NCBI GenBank assembly: GCA_963662265.2
Contig: CAXXHA010000032.1
Coordinates: 1-64,000 of the forward strand
Reading direction: 5' to 3'
Length of the DNA stretch: 64,000 bases
Source: Spirochaetia bacterium
GTDB taxonomy: Bacteria; Spirochaetota; Spirochaetia; CADAEX01
The notes below the pieces were generated by a model. That model was not told the DNA's origin. It was given only the letters and a program-made list of their open reading frames with translations, and ran no database searches. The position numbers were made by a program, and so were the translations under genes. Shown one piece after another: positions 49,241-58,736 of the stretch. Numbering within the stretch: position 1 is the first letter of the stretch; each line of letters begins with the position of its first letter.

Positions 49241-51033
49241 ACAACTTCCCATGGATGCAGGGTGATCATTGCAGAACAACCTGATCCTTCATCATTATTA
49301 TCACAGCAGCAGTTCCCGGAATCACTCTTTTCCCTTTCAGGATCATGTGAAATGATCAGGGCACCAGACCCCTGCTGAAAGATTATATCATATAATCTTT
49401 TTTTGTCAAAACAGCTTAATACATCCCAGTGAACAAAAGATTTGAGAAGCTTTCCGCTTATGTTTACAAGACACAGTACTTTTTCATTGCCGTCAGGAGA
49501 TATCCTGAGAATTGCAAGAAGAGGTCCCGATGTATCGAGTATTTCCTGTTTACCCCCGGGATCAAAGGCTGGTTCCTTCCGCCTTGCATCAAGCATTTTC
49601 CTGTACCCTGAAAGAACCCTGCTTCTCATCGACTTTGGATCTGAAAGCTCTTCAACAAGCCTGTTGTAATCAAGTTTTTCCCTGTTAATTGTACGGTTCA
49701 TACCTGTAACAGAAACCCCGGCCCTGTAGTTTACAGAACCAAGCAGACTGTGGATATAAATCCCCGGCATGCCTGTCATTGCAAGGATAACAGACTGAGA
49801 GGTGAGGAATTTGGAAACAGCTGTGTCATTATCTTTCTCATTACCTGATATTGCGGAAAAATAATTGATATTCAGCTCATAGGGGATATCGCCGTCTTTT
49901 GTCGCCTTGTATGATATAAGCCCGCCTCTTTTTTCAACTTCCGAAAGCATATTATCCATCTCTTCGCTGTTAAGAATACCTTTTGCAGGAAGTACCCCAA
50001 TACCGTCATGAGATGCATGAAAATTGAAAAAAGAAACACTGTCGGAGGGTTTATCAAGCGCCCCTGCAGCCCATTCCCTCAAGTGGCTGGCATCTTCACG
50101 GAGGAAAGCATCAAAGGTGAGAGGAGGAAGGGCAAACTGGTAAACCATCTGGGCCTCATCATATCCGTTTCCGAAATATGAAAGGTTATCCTTGTGAGGC
50201 ACATTTGTTTCTGTAATTATAATTACCCAGGGGGCATATTCCCGGATAATTTCGCGGAAAAGCTTTACAGCAGCATGTGTCTTCTCATGATGAAGACAGG
50301 GATGCCCCTCTTCTTTCCAGAGAAAAGCGACAGCATCGAGTCTTATTACCTGGACCCCCATCTGTATGTAATAGAAAAGAATTTGAATCATTTCCATCAT
50401 CACCTCCGGGTTGCTGTAATTCAGATCAACCTGGTCTGCACTGAAAGTTGTCCAGACAAGTTTTTTGCCGTCTCTTGTTTCAAATTCAGTCAGGAGGGGA
50501 AGCGCCCTTGGTCTGAAAACATAGGAAAGATCAGTGCCCGGTTCAACAGTAATAAAATAATCTTTATATTTTTCATCCCATTCGAGAAATTTCTGAAACC
50601 AGTCACTCTTTACAGAACAGTGATTCAGAACAAGATCTGCCATCAGCCTGTAGGAGGAGGCAATTTCCCTTATATCATCCCAGGTCCCCATATCAGGATC
50701 AACTTCCCTGTAATCTATTACAGAGAACCCGTCATCGGAGGAATACGGGGAAAAGGGAAGAATATGGACACCGGATACAGAATCCTTAAGGTATGAATCA
50801 AGAAATGATTTTAGATTATTCAGGGGATTGACATCTGTTCCATGGAACTGGTCCCCGTATGTTATTACAATTGCGTCTTTCTCATTAACCGGAAGATCCT
50901 TTTTAAGACTTCCTGCAGGCTGAATTATTTTAGAGCTTTCCGTATCAAGCAGGAACTGGAATTTTTCTGATACCTGGCTGCAGATATCACTGCTGTAGAT
51001 AAATTCAAGGAGATTTTTAATATTTTCTTTCAT
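49228..51033 (-). CDS. GH13_18 sugar phosphorylase, probably glucosylglycerate phosphorylase
   Basis: ITYGD, SSDDGF, RLDAV nucleophile, ITETN acid/base loop, SHDGIG and PYELN loop; translationally coupled to glycerate kinase. Confidence 0.85.
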   Translation of the reverse strand: MKENIKNLLEFIYSSDICSQVSEKFQFLLDTESSKIIQPAGSLKKDLPVNEKDAIVITYGDQFHGTDVNPLNNLKSFLDSYLKDSVSGVHILPFSPYSSDDGFSVIDYREVDPDMGTWDDIREIASSYRLMADLVLNHCSVKSDWFQKFLEWDEKYKDYFITVEPGTDLSYVFRPRALPLLTEFETRDGKKLVWTTFSADQVDLNYSNPEVMMEMIQILFYYIQMGVQVIRLDAVAFLWKEEGHPCLHHEKTHAAVKLFREIIREYAPWVIIITETNVPHKDNLSYFGNGYDEAQMVYQFALPPLTFDAFLREDASHLREWAAGALDKPSDSVSFFNFHASHDGIGVLPAKGILNSEEMDNMLSEVEKRGGLISYKATKDGDIPYELNINYFSAISGNEKDNDTAVSKFLTSQSVILAMTGMPGIYIHSLLGSVNYRAGVSVTGMNRTINREKLDYNRLVEELSDPKSMRSRVLSGYRKMLDARRKEPAFDPGGKQEILDTSGPLLAILRISPDGNEKVLCLVNISGKLLKSFVHWDVLSCFDKKRLYDIIFQQGSGALIISHDPEREKSDSGNCCCDNNDEGSGCSAMITLHPWEVVWLK

Positions 51034-51190
51034 AATACTTAAACAATATTACAACTATTCTTACTCTGCAAATAAAAAAGCATTTACCGGGTATTTTAAT
51101 ATACAAACAGGGCAGTCTGAATAATATACTTATCAGGATCTTTAAAAGATTTTTTGACAAAATGCATACATGCATAATACCATTATAAGC

Positions 51191-52765
51191 ATGGAAAAAA
51201 TCAAACTTGCAGTATTTCACTACCATTTCGTTCCCGGAGGAATAACAACAGTAGTAAAGCTTTCACTTATTTCACTGCTTGAAAACCTGAATAATATAGA
51301 AAAAATTGTTCTTGTTTCAGGCAGAGATGATAATGCGGAAAACCTGGTATCTGTAATAAAATCATCAGTTTCAGGTGAAAAGAACAACACCGGTAAGATA
51401 GAAATCTCATGGGAGACTGTTCCTGAAATTGATTATGTAAGAGACGATGCAGAAAATGATTCCGTCAAAGAATCCGCTATCACAGAAATGCTTGAAAAAT
51501 ACAGGGGATATATTTACTGGATCCACAACCATCATATAGGTAAAAATCCTCTCTTTACAAAAACTGCTGCAGAATTTGCCGAAAAAAACAGTGATGAAAA
51601 GTTTTTTTTCCATATCCATGATTTTCCTGAATGCTCCAGGTACAGCAATTACAGGTTTCTGAAAAAAACTGTGGATAATCCCTACCCTTCAGGAAGCAAT
51701 ATTAAATACGCAGTTCTCAATTCCAGAGACTATAATTATCTGAAAGATGCAGGAATTGATGACAATTCACTGTTTCTCCTTCCAAACCCTGTCATTCAGG
51801 GAAAATCCGCCTTCAGTAAAATGGAGAAATCTGAAAAGAAAAAAATAAAAGAGAAACTTTACAGAAACACAAAAGGATTTTTCTCCTTTGATCCTGAAAA
51901 ACCAGTCTTTCTCTATCCTGTAAGGGCGATAAGAAGGAAAAACATTCTGGAGGCAGGTCTCATAGTACGGCTCACCGGGGAGGGGGGAAATCTTATTCAG
52001 ACTCTGCCGGGAATTTCTGATCAGGAAATATCATATTCAAGAACAGTTTCCAATCATTACAGGGACGGCAGCATTAAAGGTATCTGGGGAACCGGGATAA
52101 CGGGATCCCCTGCAGAAGCTGACCTTAAAGAGATAATAGGGATAAGCGATATTATAATTTCATCATCTGTGATGGAGGGGTTCGGCTACATATTTACAGA
52201 TACAATTTCATGGGGCAAACCTATTCTTTCAAGATATCTTGAAACATCGGAAGACTTCCTTCCGCTCTTTTCTGAAAACAATTCACACTTCTACAGAACA
52301 TTCAGAATACCGCTTTCACCGGAACTCAAAAACAGGATGTCGGAAAGGATAAAAACCTATTTTTCAGAAATAGACAGGGAAATCTCAACTTTACTTGATC
52401 GGGAAGATTATATAAAAGCAATCATGCAGGGTAATACTGTGGATTATTCATATCTGCCATCCGATATCCAGGGAGAAATACTGGAAAGGGCAGTTAAAAG
52501 TTCAGAATTCAGAACTGAACTCAAGGAAATAAACAGTGCTTTACTTACAAAGACATTGACTTTACTGCAGTCTGAACCGGATATAACATGCAGAGATATA
52601 TCAGAATATTTCGGTCCGGGAATATTTGCAGAAAACTTTAAAAAAATAGTAAATTCATACAGACTGGATTCACCTTGCACAGCTAATCACTCAGGAATAA
52701 CTGAAAAACTTTTATTAAAATTCACAACTCATAAATCTGTGCGTTTAATCAACGGACCGGGATGA
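51191..52765 (+). CDS. GT-B fold glycosyltransferase (GT4-like), function unknown
   Basis: HYHFVPGGITTV, IHNHHIGKNP, HIHDFPE, YPVRAIRRKN and EGFGY motifs. Confidence 0.75.
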   Translation: MEKIKLAVFHYHFVPGGITTVVKLSLISLLENLNNIEKIVLVSGRDDNAENLVSVIKSSVSGEKNNTGKIEISWETVPEIDYVRDDAENDSVKESAITEMLEKYRGYIYWIHNHHIGKNPLFTKTAAEFAEKNSDEKFFFHIHDFPECSRYSNYRFLKKTVDNPYPSGSNIKYAVLNSRDYNYLKDAGIDDNSLFLLPNPVIQGKSAFSKMEKSEKKKIKEKLYRNTKGFFSFDPEKPVFLYPVRAIRRKNILEAGLIVRLTGEGGNLIQTLPGISDQEISYSRTVSNHYRDGSIKGIWGTGITGSPAEADLKEIIGISDIIISSSVMEGFGYIFTDTISWGKPILSRYLETSEDFLPLFSENNSHFYRTFRIPLSPELKNRMSERIKTYFSEIDREISTLLDREDYIKAIMQGNTVDYSYLPSDIQGEILERAVKSSEFRTELKEINSALLTKTLTLLQSEPDITCRDISEYFGPGIFAENFKKIVNSYRLDSPCTANHSGITEKLLLKFTTHKSVRLINGPG

Positions 52766-52918
52766 TTAATTTATCATCGATAACTTTTAGTCAGCAAACA
52801 TTTGCTTTGTTATTTATATGTTATTTTCAATAACTTTTAGTAATTTCAAATTGAGCATTATATAAAAGCATGTTATAGTACTTCTGTCTTGATCTTATAC
52901 AACTCCAAATGGTTCTCA

Positions 52919-52938
52919 CATGTGAATAAAATCACATG
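52919..52938. promoter_or_regulatory. Rex- or CRP/FNR-type palindromic operator upstream of PFOR
   Basis: CATGTGA-ATAAAA-TCACATG (TGTGA-N6-TCACA core), about 80 bp before the nifJ start. Confidence 0.65.
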
Positions 52939-53016
52939 ATCTTTATACTATTGTCATTGAAATAGAATTTTTCTATAATAATGGCGAAAATATTCTTTAA
53001 AAGATGAGGAAAAATA

Positions 53017-56000
53017 ATGTCAGAAAAAAAATGGGTCACTATTGACGGTAATGCTGCTGCCGCGCATGTAGCATATGCTTTCAGTGAAGTGGCTGCTATC
53101 TATCCTATTACACCTTCTTCACCAATGGGTGAATATTCAGATGAATGGGCATCAAAAGGGATGAAAAACGTTTTCGGCAAGACTGTTGATGTAATTGAAA
53201 TGCAGTCAGAAGCCGGAGCTGCAGGTGCAGTACACGGATCATTAAGTGCTGGAGCTCTTACAACTACATTTACAGCATCACAGGGACTTTTCCTGATGAT
53301 TCCCAACATGCACAAAATTGCAGGGGAAATGCTTCCCACAGTATTCCACGTTTCTGCAAGATCTATCGCTGCTCAGTCTCTTTCAATCTTCGGAGACCAT
53401 TCAGATGTAATGGCTGTCAGAAATACAGGTTTCGCAATGACAGCTGCGGCTTCTATTCAGGAAACAATGGACCTCGCTCTTGTAGCTCATCTTTCTTCAC
53501 TCAAAGGTCAGATTCCTTTCCTGAGTTTCTTTGACGGATTCAGAACTTCTCATGAAATCCAGAAAGTAGAAGAAATTTCATTTGATACAATCAAGAGTCT
53601 TATTGAACCTGAATATATTGAAAGATTCAGAGACAGAGCTATGAGACCTGATAATCCTATCATCAAAGTAGGTGCTCAGAACCCGGATGTATACTTCCAG
53701 GGAAGAGAAACAGTCAACAAATACTATGATGATCTTCCTGCAATTGTTCAGGACTACATGAACAAGGTTGCAGAAGTAACAGGAAGAAAATATAATCTTT
53801 TCGATTATGTTGGTGCTCCTGATGCTGAAAAAGTTATCATTGCAATGGGCTCAGCATGCGATACAATCGACATGACAGTGAAATACCTTGTTGCAAAAGG
53901 TGAAAAAGTCGGAGCAATTAAAGTAAGACTCTACAGACCATTTTCTGTAGATGCTTTCATCGGCGCTGTTCCTGCAAGCTGTAAGAAAATTGCAGTTCTT
54001 GACAGAACAAAAGAACCGGGATCAATCGGTGAACCACTCTACCTTGATATTGTTACAGCACTTAACGGCAAAGGTATCAAAATCATCGGCGGTAGATACG
54101 GTCTCTCAAGTAAAGAGTTTACACCTTCAATGGTTAAAGCTGTATATGATCACCTTGACGGTGCAGCTTTCCACAACTTTACTGTCGGTATTGAAGATGA
54201 TGTTACAAACCTTTCACTTAAGGTTACTGAAGAAATCGATGTTTCTGCAGAAGATGTTATCAGCTGCATGTTCTGGGGACTCGGAGCTGACGGTACTGTA
54301 GGTGCAAACAAAAACTCAATTAAAATCATCGGTGGAAACACTGATATGAATGCTCAGGCATACTTTTCATATGACTCAAAGAAATCAGGTGGTGTAACAG
54401 TATCACACCTCAGATTCGGTAAGAGCACAGTGAACATGCCATGGCTTATCACAGATGCAGACTTTGTTGCATGTCACAACCCTGCATATATCGGAAGATA
54501 TGATATGCTCAGTCCTCTGAAAGAAGGGGGAGTGTTCCTTCTCAACTCAGAAATCGACAGTGCTGAAGTATTCAACCACCTTACAAAAGAAGAACAGCAG
54601 CTTATAATTGACAGAAAAATCAAGTTCTACAACATTGATGCTCTCAAGATTGCTGAAGCTTCAGGTCTCGGCGGAAGAATCAACACTGTAATGCAGGCAG
54701 CATTCTTTAAAATCTCAGGCATCCTTCCTGAAGATGAAGCTATCAAGCTTATCAAGGATGCAATCAAGAAAACTTTCATCAAAAAAGGTGAAGATATTGT
54801 AAAGATGAACTGGGCAGCTGTAGACAACACATCAGCAGCGCTTCAGAAAGTAGAAGTACCAGCATCAATTACAGAATCATACAAACCTGCTGAACTGATC
54901 TGTGAATCTGAAGGTACATTTGCCAAAAAAATAATTGAACCTATCATGCATCAGAAAGGTGATGATATTCCTGTTTCAGCTATGTCATTTGACGGAACTA
55001 TTCCTTCAGGAACAACAAAACTTGAAAAACGGGGTGTTGCACCCAGAGTTCCAAAATGGGTTTCAGACAACTGTATTCAGTGTAACCAGTGTGTTATGGC
55101 ATGTCCTCATGCAGTAGTAAGAGCTAAACAGGTTGCTCCTGCAGATCTTAAAGACAAACCTGCATGCTTTGAAACAATAAAATCAAACACTAAAAATGAA
55201 AAAGATCTTGAATACAGACTTCAGGTTTATATCGAAGACTGTACAGGATGCGGTGTCTGTGTAGATGTATGTCCAGGCAAAAAACAGCAGAAAGCACTCG
55301 AGTTCAGTACTCTTGAAGCAGAAAGAGAAGCTGGACAGAATGAGGCAGTTTGTTTCTTCGAAGGACTTCCAAACAATGTTCTGGACGGCGCTGCAGAAAC
55401 TAATGTTAAAGGCATCGGTTTCAAACAGCCTCTCTTCGAGTTCTCAGGAGCCTGCGCAGGATGCGGTGAAACACCTTATGTTAAACTTGCAACTCAGGTT
55501 TGCGGTGAAAACATGGTTGTTGCAAATGCTACCGGCTGTTCATCAATCTACGGCGGTACTTTCCCGACAATTCCATACTGCAAAGATGACAGAGGAAGAG
55601 GACCTACATGGGGTAACTCACTGTTTGAAGATAATGCTGAATACGGTTTCGGTATGAGACTTGCTGTTGACAGCAACAGAAAACTTCTTAAAGTAAAAGT
55701 CGACAATGTAATGAAAGCAGGAATCAATGCAGATCTTAAAGCTGCGCTTGATAAATGTGTTTCACTCTGGGACAAAAAAGATGCAGAAGCAATTGCTGCA
55801 CAGACTGCTGTCGGCAAACTTCTCCCTGCTGCAGTTGATGCTGCTTCTGGCGAAGTTAAGGAAGACCTCAGAAAAATCCTTGAACTCAAAGACTATTTTA
55901 TAGACAAGAGTGTATGGATCCTCGGTGGTGACGGATGGGCATACGACATCGGATACGGTGGTGTTGACCATGTTGTTGCTTCCGGCAAAAACGTTAATAT

Positions 56001-56544
56001 CCTTGTTCTTGATACAGAGGTTTACTCTAACACTGGCGGACAGGCTTCTAAAGCTACACCTATCGGTGCGGTTGCCAAGTTTGCCAACGCTGGCATGAGA
56101 CTCGGCAAGAAAAACCTCGGCTTCATGTGTATGAGCTATGGTTACGTTTATGTTGCATCTGTAGCTATGGGAGCAAACAGGGCACAGACAATCAAGGCAT
56201 TCAGGGAAGCTGAAGCTTACAACGGACCTTCAATCATTATGGCTTACTCACCATGTATTGCACACGGTATTGATATGTCAAAGACTCAGAATGAGCAGAA
56301 GAGAGCTGTTGAAGCTGGCTACTGGCCTCTCTACAGATATAATCCTGAAGCACCTGAAGGTGAAAAATTCACCTGGGAAACCAGAGAACCTAAGGAAAGC
56401 TTCCAGGACTTCATCAGAAGTGAAAGAAGATATACAGCTCTTCTTAAAACAGCTCCTGAAGAAGCAGAAAAACTTTTTGCAGAAGCAGAAGTTGATGCGA
56501 AAAGAAGAATGGATTTCTACAAAAATCTCGGCGGCTTAATGTAA
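53017..56544 (+). CDS. nifJ: Pyruvate:ferredoxin (flavodoxin) oxidoreductase, single chain
   Basis: YPITPS, EMQSEAGAAG, CIQCNQC, CTGCGVC, FEFSGACAGCGETPY and GGDGWAYDIG (TPP) motifs. Confidence 0.97.
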   Translation: MSEKKWVTIDGNAAAAHVAYAFSEVAAIYPITPSSPMGEYSDEWASKGMKNVFGKTVDVIEMQSEAGAAGAVHGSLSAGALTTTFTASQGLFLMIPNMHKIAGEMLPTVFHVSARSIAAQSLSIFGDHSDVMAVRNTGFAMTAAASIQETMDLALVAHLSSLKGQIPFLSFFDGFRTSHEIQKVEEISFDTIKSLIEPEYIERFRDRAMRPDNPIIKVGAQNPDVYFQGRETVNKYYDDLPAIVQDYMNKVAEVTGRKYNLFDYVGAPDAEKVIIAMGSACDTIDMTVKYLVAKGEKVGAIKVRLYRPFSVDAFIGAVPASCKKIAVLDRTKEPGSIGEPLYLDIVTALNGKGIKIIGGRYGLSSKEFTPSMVKAVYDHLDGAAFHNFTVGIEDDVTNLSLKVTEEIDVSAEDVISCMFWGLGADGTVGANKNSIKIIGGNTDMNAQAYFSYDSKKSGGVTVSHLRFGKSTVNMPWLITDADFVACHNPAYIGRYDMLSPLKEGGVFLLNSEIDSAEVFNHLTKEEQQLIIDRKIKFYNIDALKIAEASGLGGRINTVMQAAFFKISGILPEDEAIKLIKDAIKKTFIKKGEDIVKMNWAAVDNTSAALQKVEVPASITESYKPAELICESEGTFAKKIIEPIMHQKGDDIPVSAMSFDGTIPSGTTKLEKRGVAPRVPKWVSDNCIQCNQCVMACPHAVVRAKQVAPADLKDKPACFETIKSNTKNEKDLEYRLQVYIEDCTGCGVCVDVCPGKKQQKALEFSTLEAEREAGQNEAVCFFEGLPNNVLDGAAETNVKGIGFKQPLFEFSGACAGCGETPYVKLATQVCGENMVVANATGCSSIYGGTFPTIPYCKDDRGRGPTWGNSLFEDNAEYGFGMRLAVDSNRKLLKVKVDNVMKAGINADLKAALDKCVSLWDKKDAEAIAAQTAVGKLLPAAVDAASGEVKEDLRKILELKDYFIDKSVWILGGDGWAYDIGYGGVDHVVASGKNVNILVLDTEVYSNTGGQASKATPIGAVAKFANAGMRLGKKNLGFMCMSYGYVYVASVAMGANRAQTIKAFREAEAYNGPSIIMAYSPCIAHGIDMSKTQNEQKRAVEAGYWPLYRYNPEAPEGEKFTWETREPKESFQDFIRSERRYTALLKTAPEEAEKLFAEAEVDAKRRMDFYKNLGGLM

Positions 56545-56639
56545 TTTTAAGTACAACCTGTTGTTTTATTCAGGTTTAACCGGGATTCAGCGGATACTGC
56601 ATAGTCAGCTTCCGCTGAAATATTCCATAATAATTACAG

Positions 56640-56674
56640 GGGTATCTGCAAGTTTCATGCAGATACCCTTTTTT
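56640..56674 (+). terminator. Rho-independent terminator after nifJ
   Basis: gggtatctgca/tgcagataccc 11-bp stem followed by T6. Confidence 0.8.
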
Positions 56675-56831
56675 ATTTGTTATTATTTATCAGGTGTAAT
56701 TCCTTCATACACAGTTTTGGAAAATAAATCAGGTATATCTGGGTAAAAAACTCTTTATTCAAATCAAATTACAGGTACCACGGTATTTTGATTTGACAAA
56801 GGCAAATATAGTAATAATAATATATTTGACA

Positions 56832-58730
56832 ATGAAATTTATATCAAAGATATCCGGATTGAAATATTTTTACAGAACTCTTGCACCTGTTCTTGTAACA
56901 TTTATAATTTTCATCTATATAATCTTTTTTACCATAGTACCCTCATTCAAAAATTTCATGATTGAACAGAAGAAATACTTTCTCAAGAACATAATATCAA
57001 CTTCTTGGCATATTATAGATAATGCCTATGATAAATATCTTAACGGGCTTATTTCAGAAAATGATGCAAAAACAGAAATTATAAAAACAATAGAATCACT
57101 GCGATACGGACCGGAAATGAAAGAGTACTTCTGGATATCAAACATGGATACAATACTCATTGCACACCCCTATCGAAAGGATCTTGTTGATATTGAAACA
57201 AACAAGCTGATAACACCGGAATCCATACAGCTTTTTGAAGAGTTTGTTAAGGTTACTGAAGAAACCGGTGAGAATTTTCATTTTTACAACTGGCAGTTTT
57301 ACGGAGATAGCAGCAACATACAGCCGAAGATAGCATACCTTAAACGGTTCAAACCCTGGGGCTGGATAATAGGAACAGGGCTTTATATGGATGACATTGA
57401 CATGGAATTAAAAACAAGGATAAGTGATGTAGTTTTTATCCTTCTGATTTCAACAATAATAATAATATCAATGTCAATGTATTCCGCATTTCAGACATAT
57501 AAGGCCAATAAAAACCTTGTATTTGAGGAACTTAAACTGCAGGGGATCTTCAACAATTCACCTCATTTCATAGGACTTCTGAATACAGACGGTTCATTTG
57601 CAAAGGCAAACAGGACATCAATAGATTTCTTTGAGCTTGGAAACTACGAATCCGAAAATACAAAAATATGGGATATCCTGGAATCCTTCAATGATAAAAA
57701 CACAGATCTTCTCAAAAGCATATTTCTCGAATGCTTAAACGGAGAAAGAAGGAAGTATAAAACTGAATTAATAAAGAACAATAATAAAGTCTATCTTGAT
57801 ATTTTCATACAGCCTGTTTCCCTGAGTGACAGATTCATTAAATATCTCCTGATTGAAGGCAACGATATCACGGAACTTGTAAATGCCCATAATACACTGA
57901 TTGAAATGAATAATGAGCTTGAAAGAATTGTCAAGCGTAGAACAGAAAAACTTGAAAAATCACTCAAAGATCTTCAGACAGCCCAGGATGAACTGGTTGA
58001 ATCAGAAAAACTCGCATCTCTTGGAAACCTCGTTGCCGGGGTAGCTCACGAAATAAACACTCCTCTGGGTATCACATATACCAATATAACTTATATAAAT
58101 GAAAAACTGCACGACCTCAATGATATGTACAGGGAAAACCGCCTTTCAAAAACTTTCTTTGAGGAAAATCTGAGCGTAATAATTGAAGCGCTTTCAGGAG
58201 CAATTCACAATATCGACAGGTCAAGTAAGCTTATTAAAAGCTTTAAAAATGTTGCTGTTGACCAGATTGTTGAGGAAAAGAGGGATTTCAACATCAAGGA
58301 ATACCTCAATGAGGTAATCATGAGTATCCGCCCTACCCTGAAGGGAACTAATTATAAAATCAATTTCGATCCAGAAGGGCAGCTTATGATCAATTCATAT
58401 CCGGGTATTTTTCTCCAGATAATAAATAATCTCATCAATAATTCAATTCAGCATGGTTTTGAAGGAAGAAATGAAGGAAATATTTATATTGCTGTTGAAG
58501 AAAATGATGATAAAATAATAATAAATTATTCCGATGACGGCATAGGAATGGAAATTGAGCAGCTTAGCAGGATATTCGAACCTTTTTTCACCACAAAGAG
58601 AGGCAGGGGCGGAGCCGGACTCGGCATGAATATAGTGTACAATCTTGTGACAAAACGTCTGGAGGGGGTTATCACCTGTAAAAGTAATAAAAGCAGCGGA
58701 ACTGTTTTTATAATCACTTTTCCAAAATAA
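56832..58730 (+). CDS. Membrane sensor histidine kinase (Cache-PAS-HisKA-HATPase)
   Basis: TM, Cache-2-like domain (LRYG..EYFWI, PWGWIIGTGLY), TM, PAS, AHEINTPLG, NLINNSIQHG and GGAGLG. Confidence 0.9.
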   Translation: MKFISKISGLKYFYRTLAPVLVTFIIFIYIIFFTIVPSFKNFMIEQKKYFLKNIISTSWHIIDNAYDKYLNGLISENDAKTEIIKTIESLRYGPEMKEYFWISNMDTILIAHPYRKDLVDIETNKLITPESIQLFEEFVKVTEETGENFHFYNWQFYGDSSNIQPKIAYLKRFKPWGWIIGTGLYMDDIDMELKTRISDVVFILLISTIIIISMSMYSAFQTYKANKNLVFEELKLQGIFNNSPHFIGLLNTDGSFAKANRTSIDFFELGNYESENTKIWDILESFNDKNTDLLKSIFLECLNGERRKYKTELIKNNNKVYLDIFIQPVSLSDRFIKYLLIEGNDITELVNAHNTLIEMNNELERIVKRRTEKLEKSLKDLQTAQDELVESEKLASLGNLVAGVAHEINTPLGITYTNITYINEKLHDLNDMYRENRLSKTFFEENLSVIIEALSGAIHNIDRSSKLIKSFKNVAVDQIVEEKRDFNIKEYLNEVIMSIRPTLKGTNYKINFDPEGQLMINSYPGIFLQIINNLINNSIQHGFEGRNEGNIYIAVEENDDKIIINYSDDGIGMEIEQLSRIFEPFFTTKRGRGGAGLGMNIVYNLVTKRLEGVITCKSNKSSGTVFIITFPK

Positions 58731-58736
58731 ACAATT

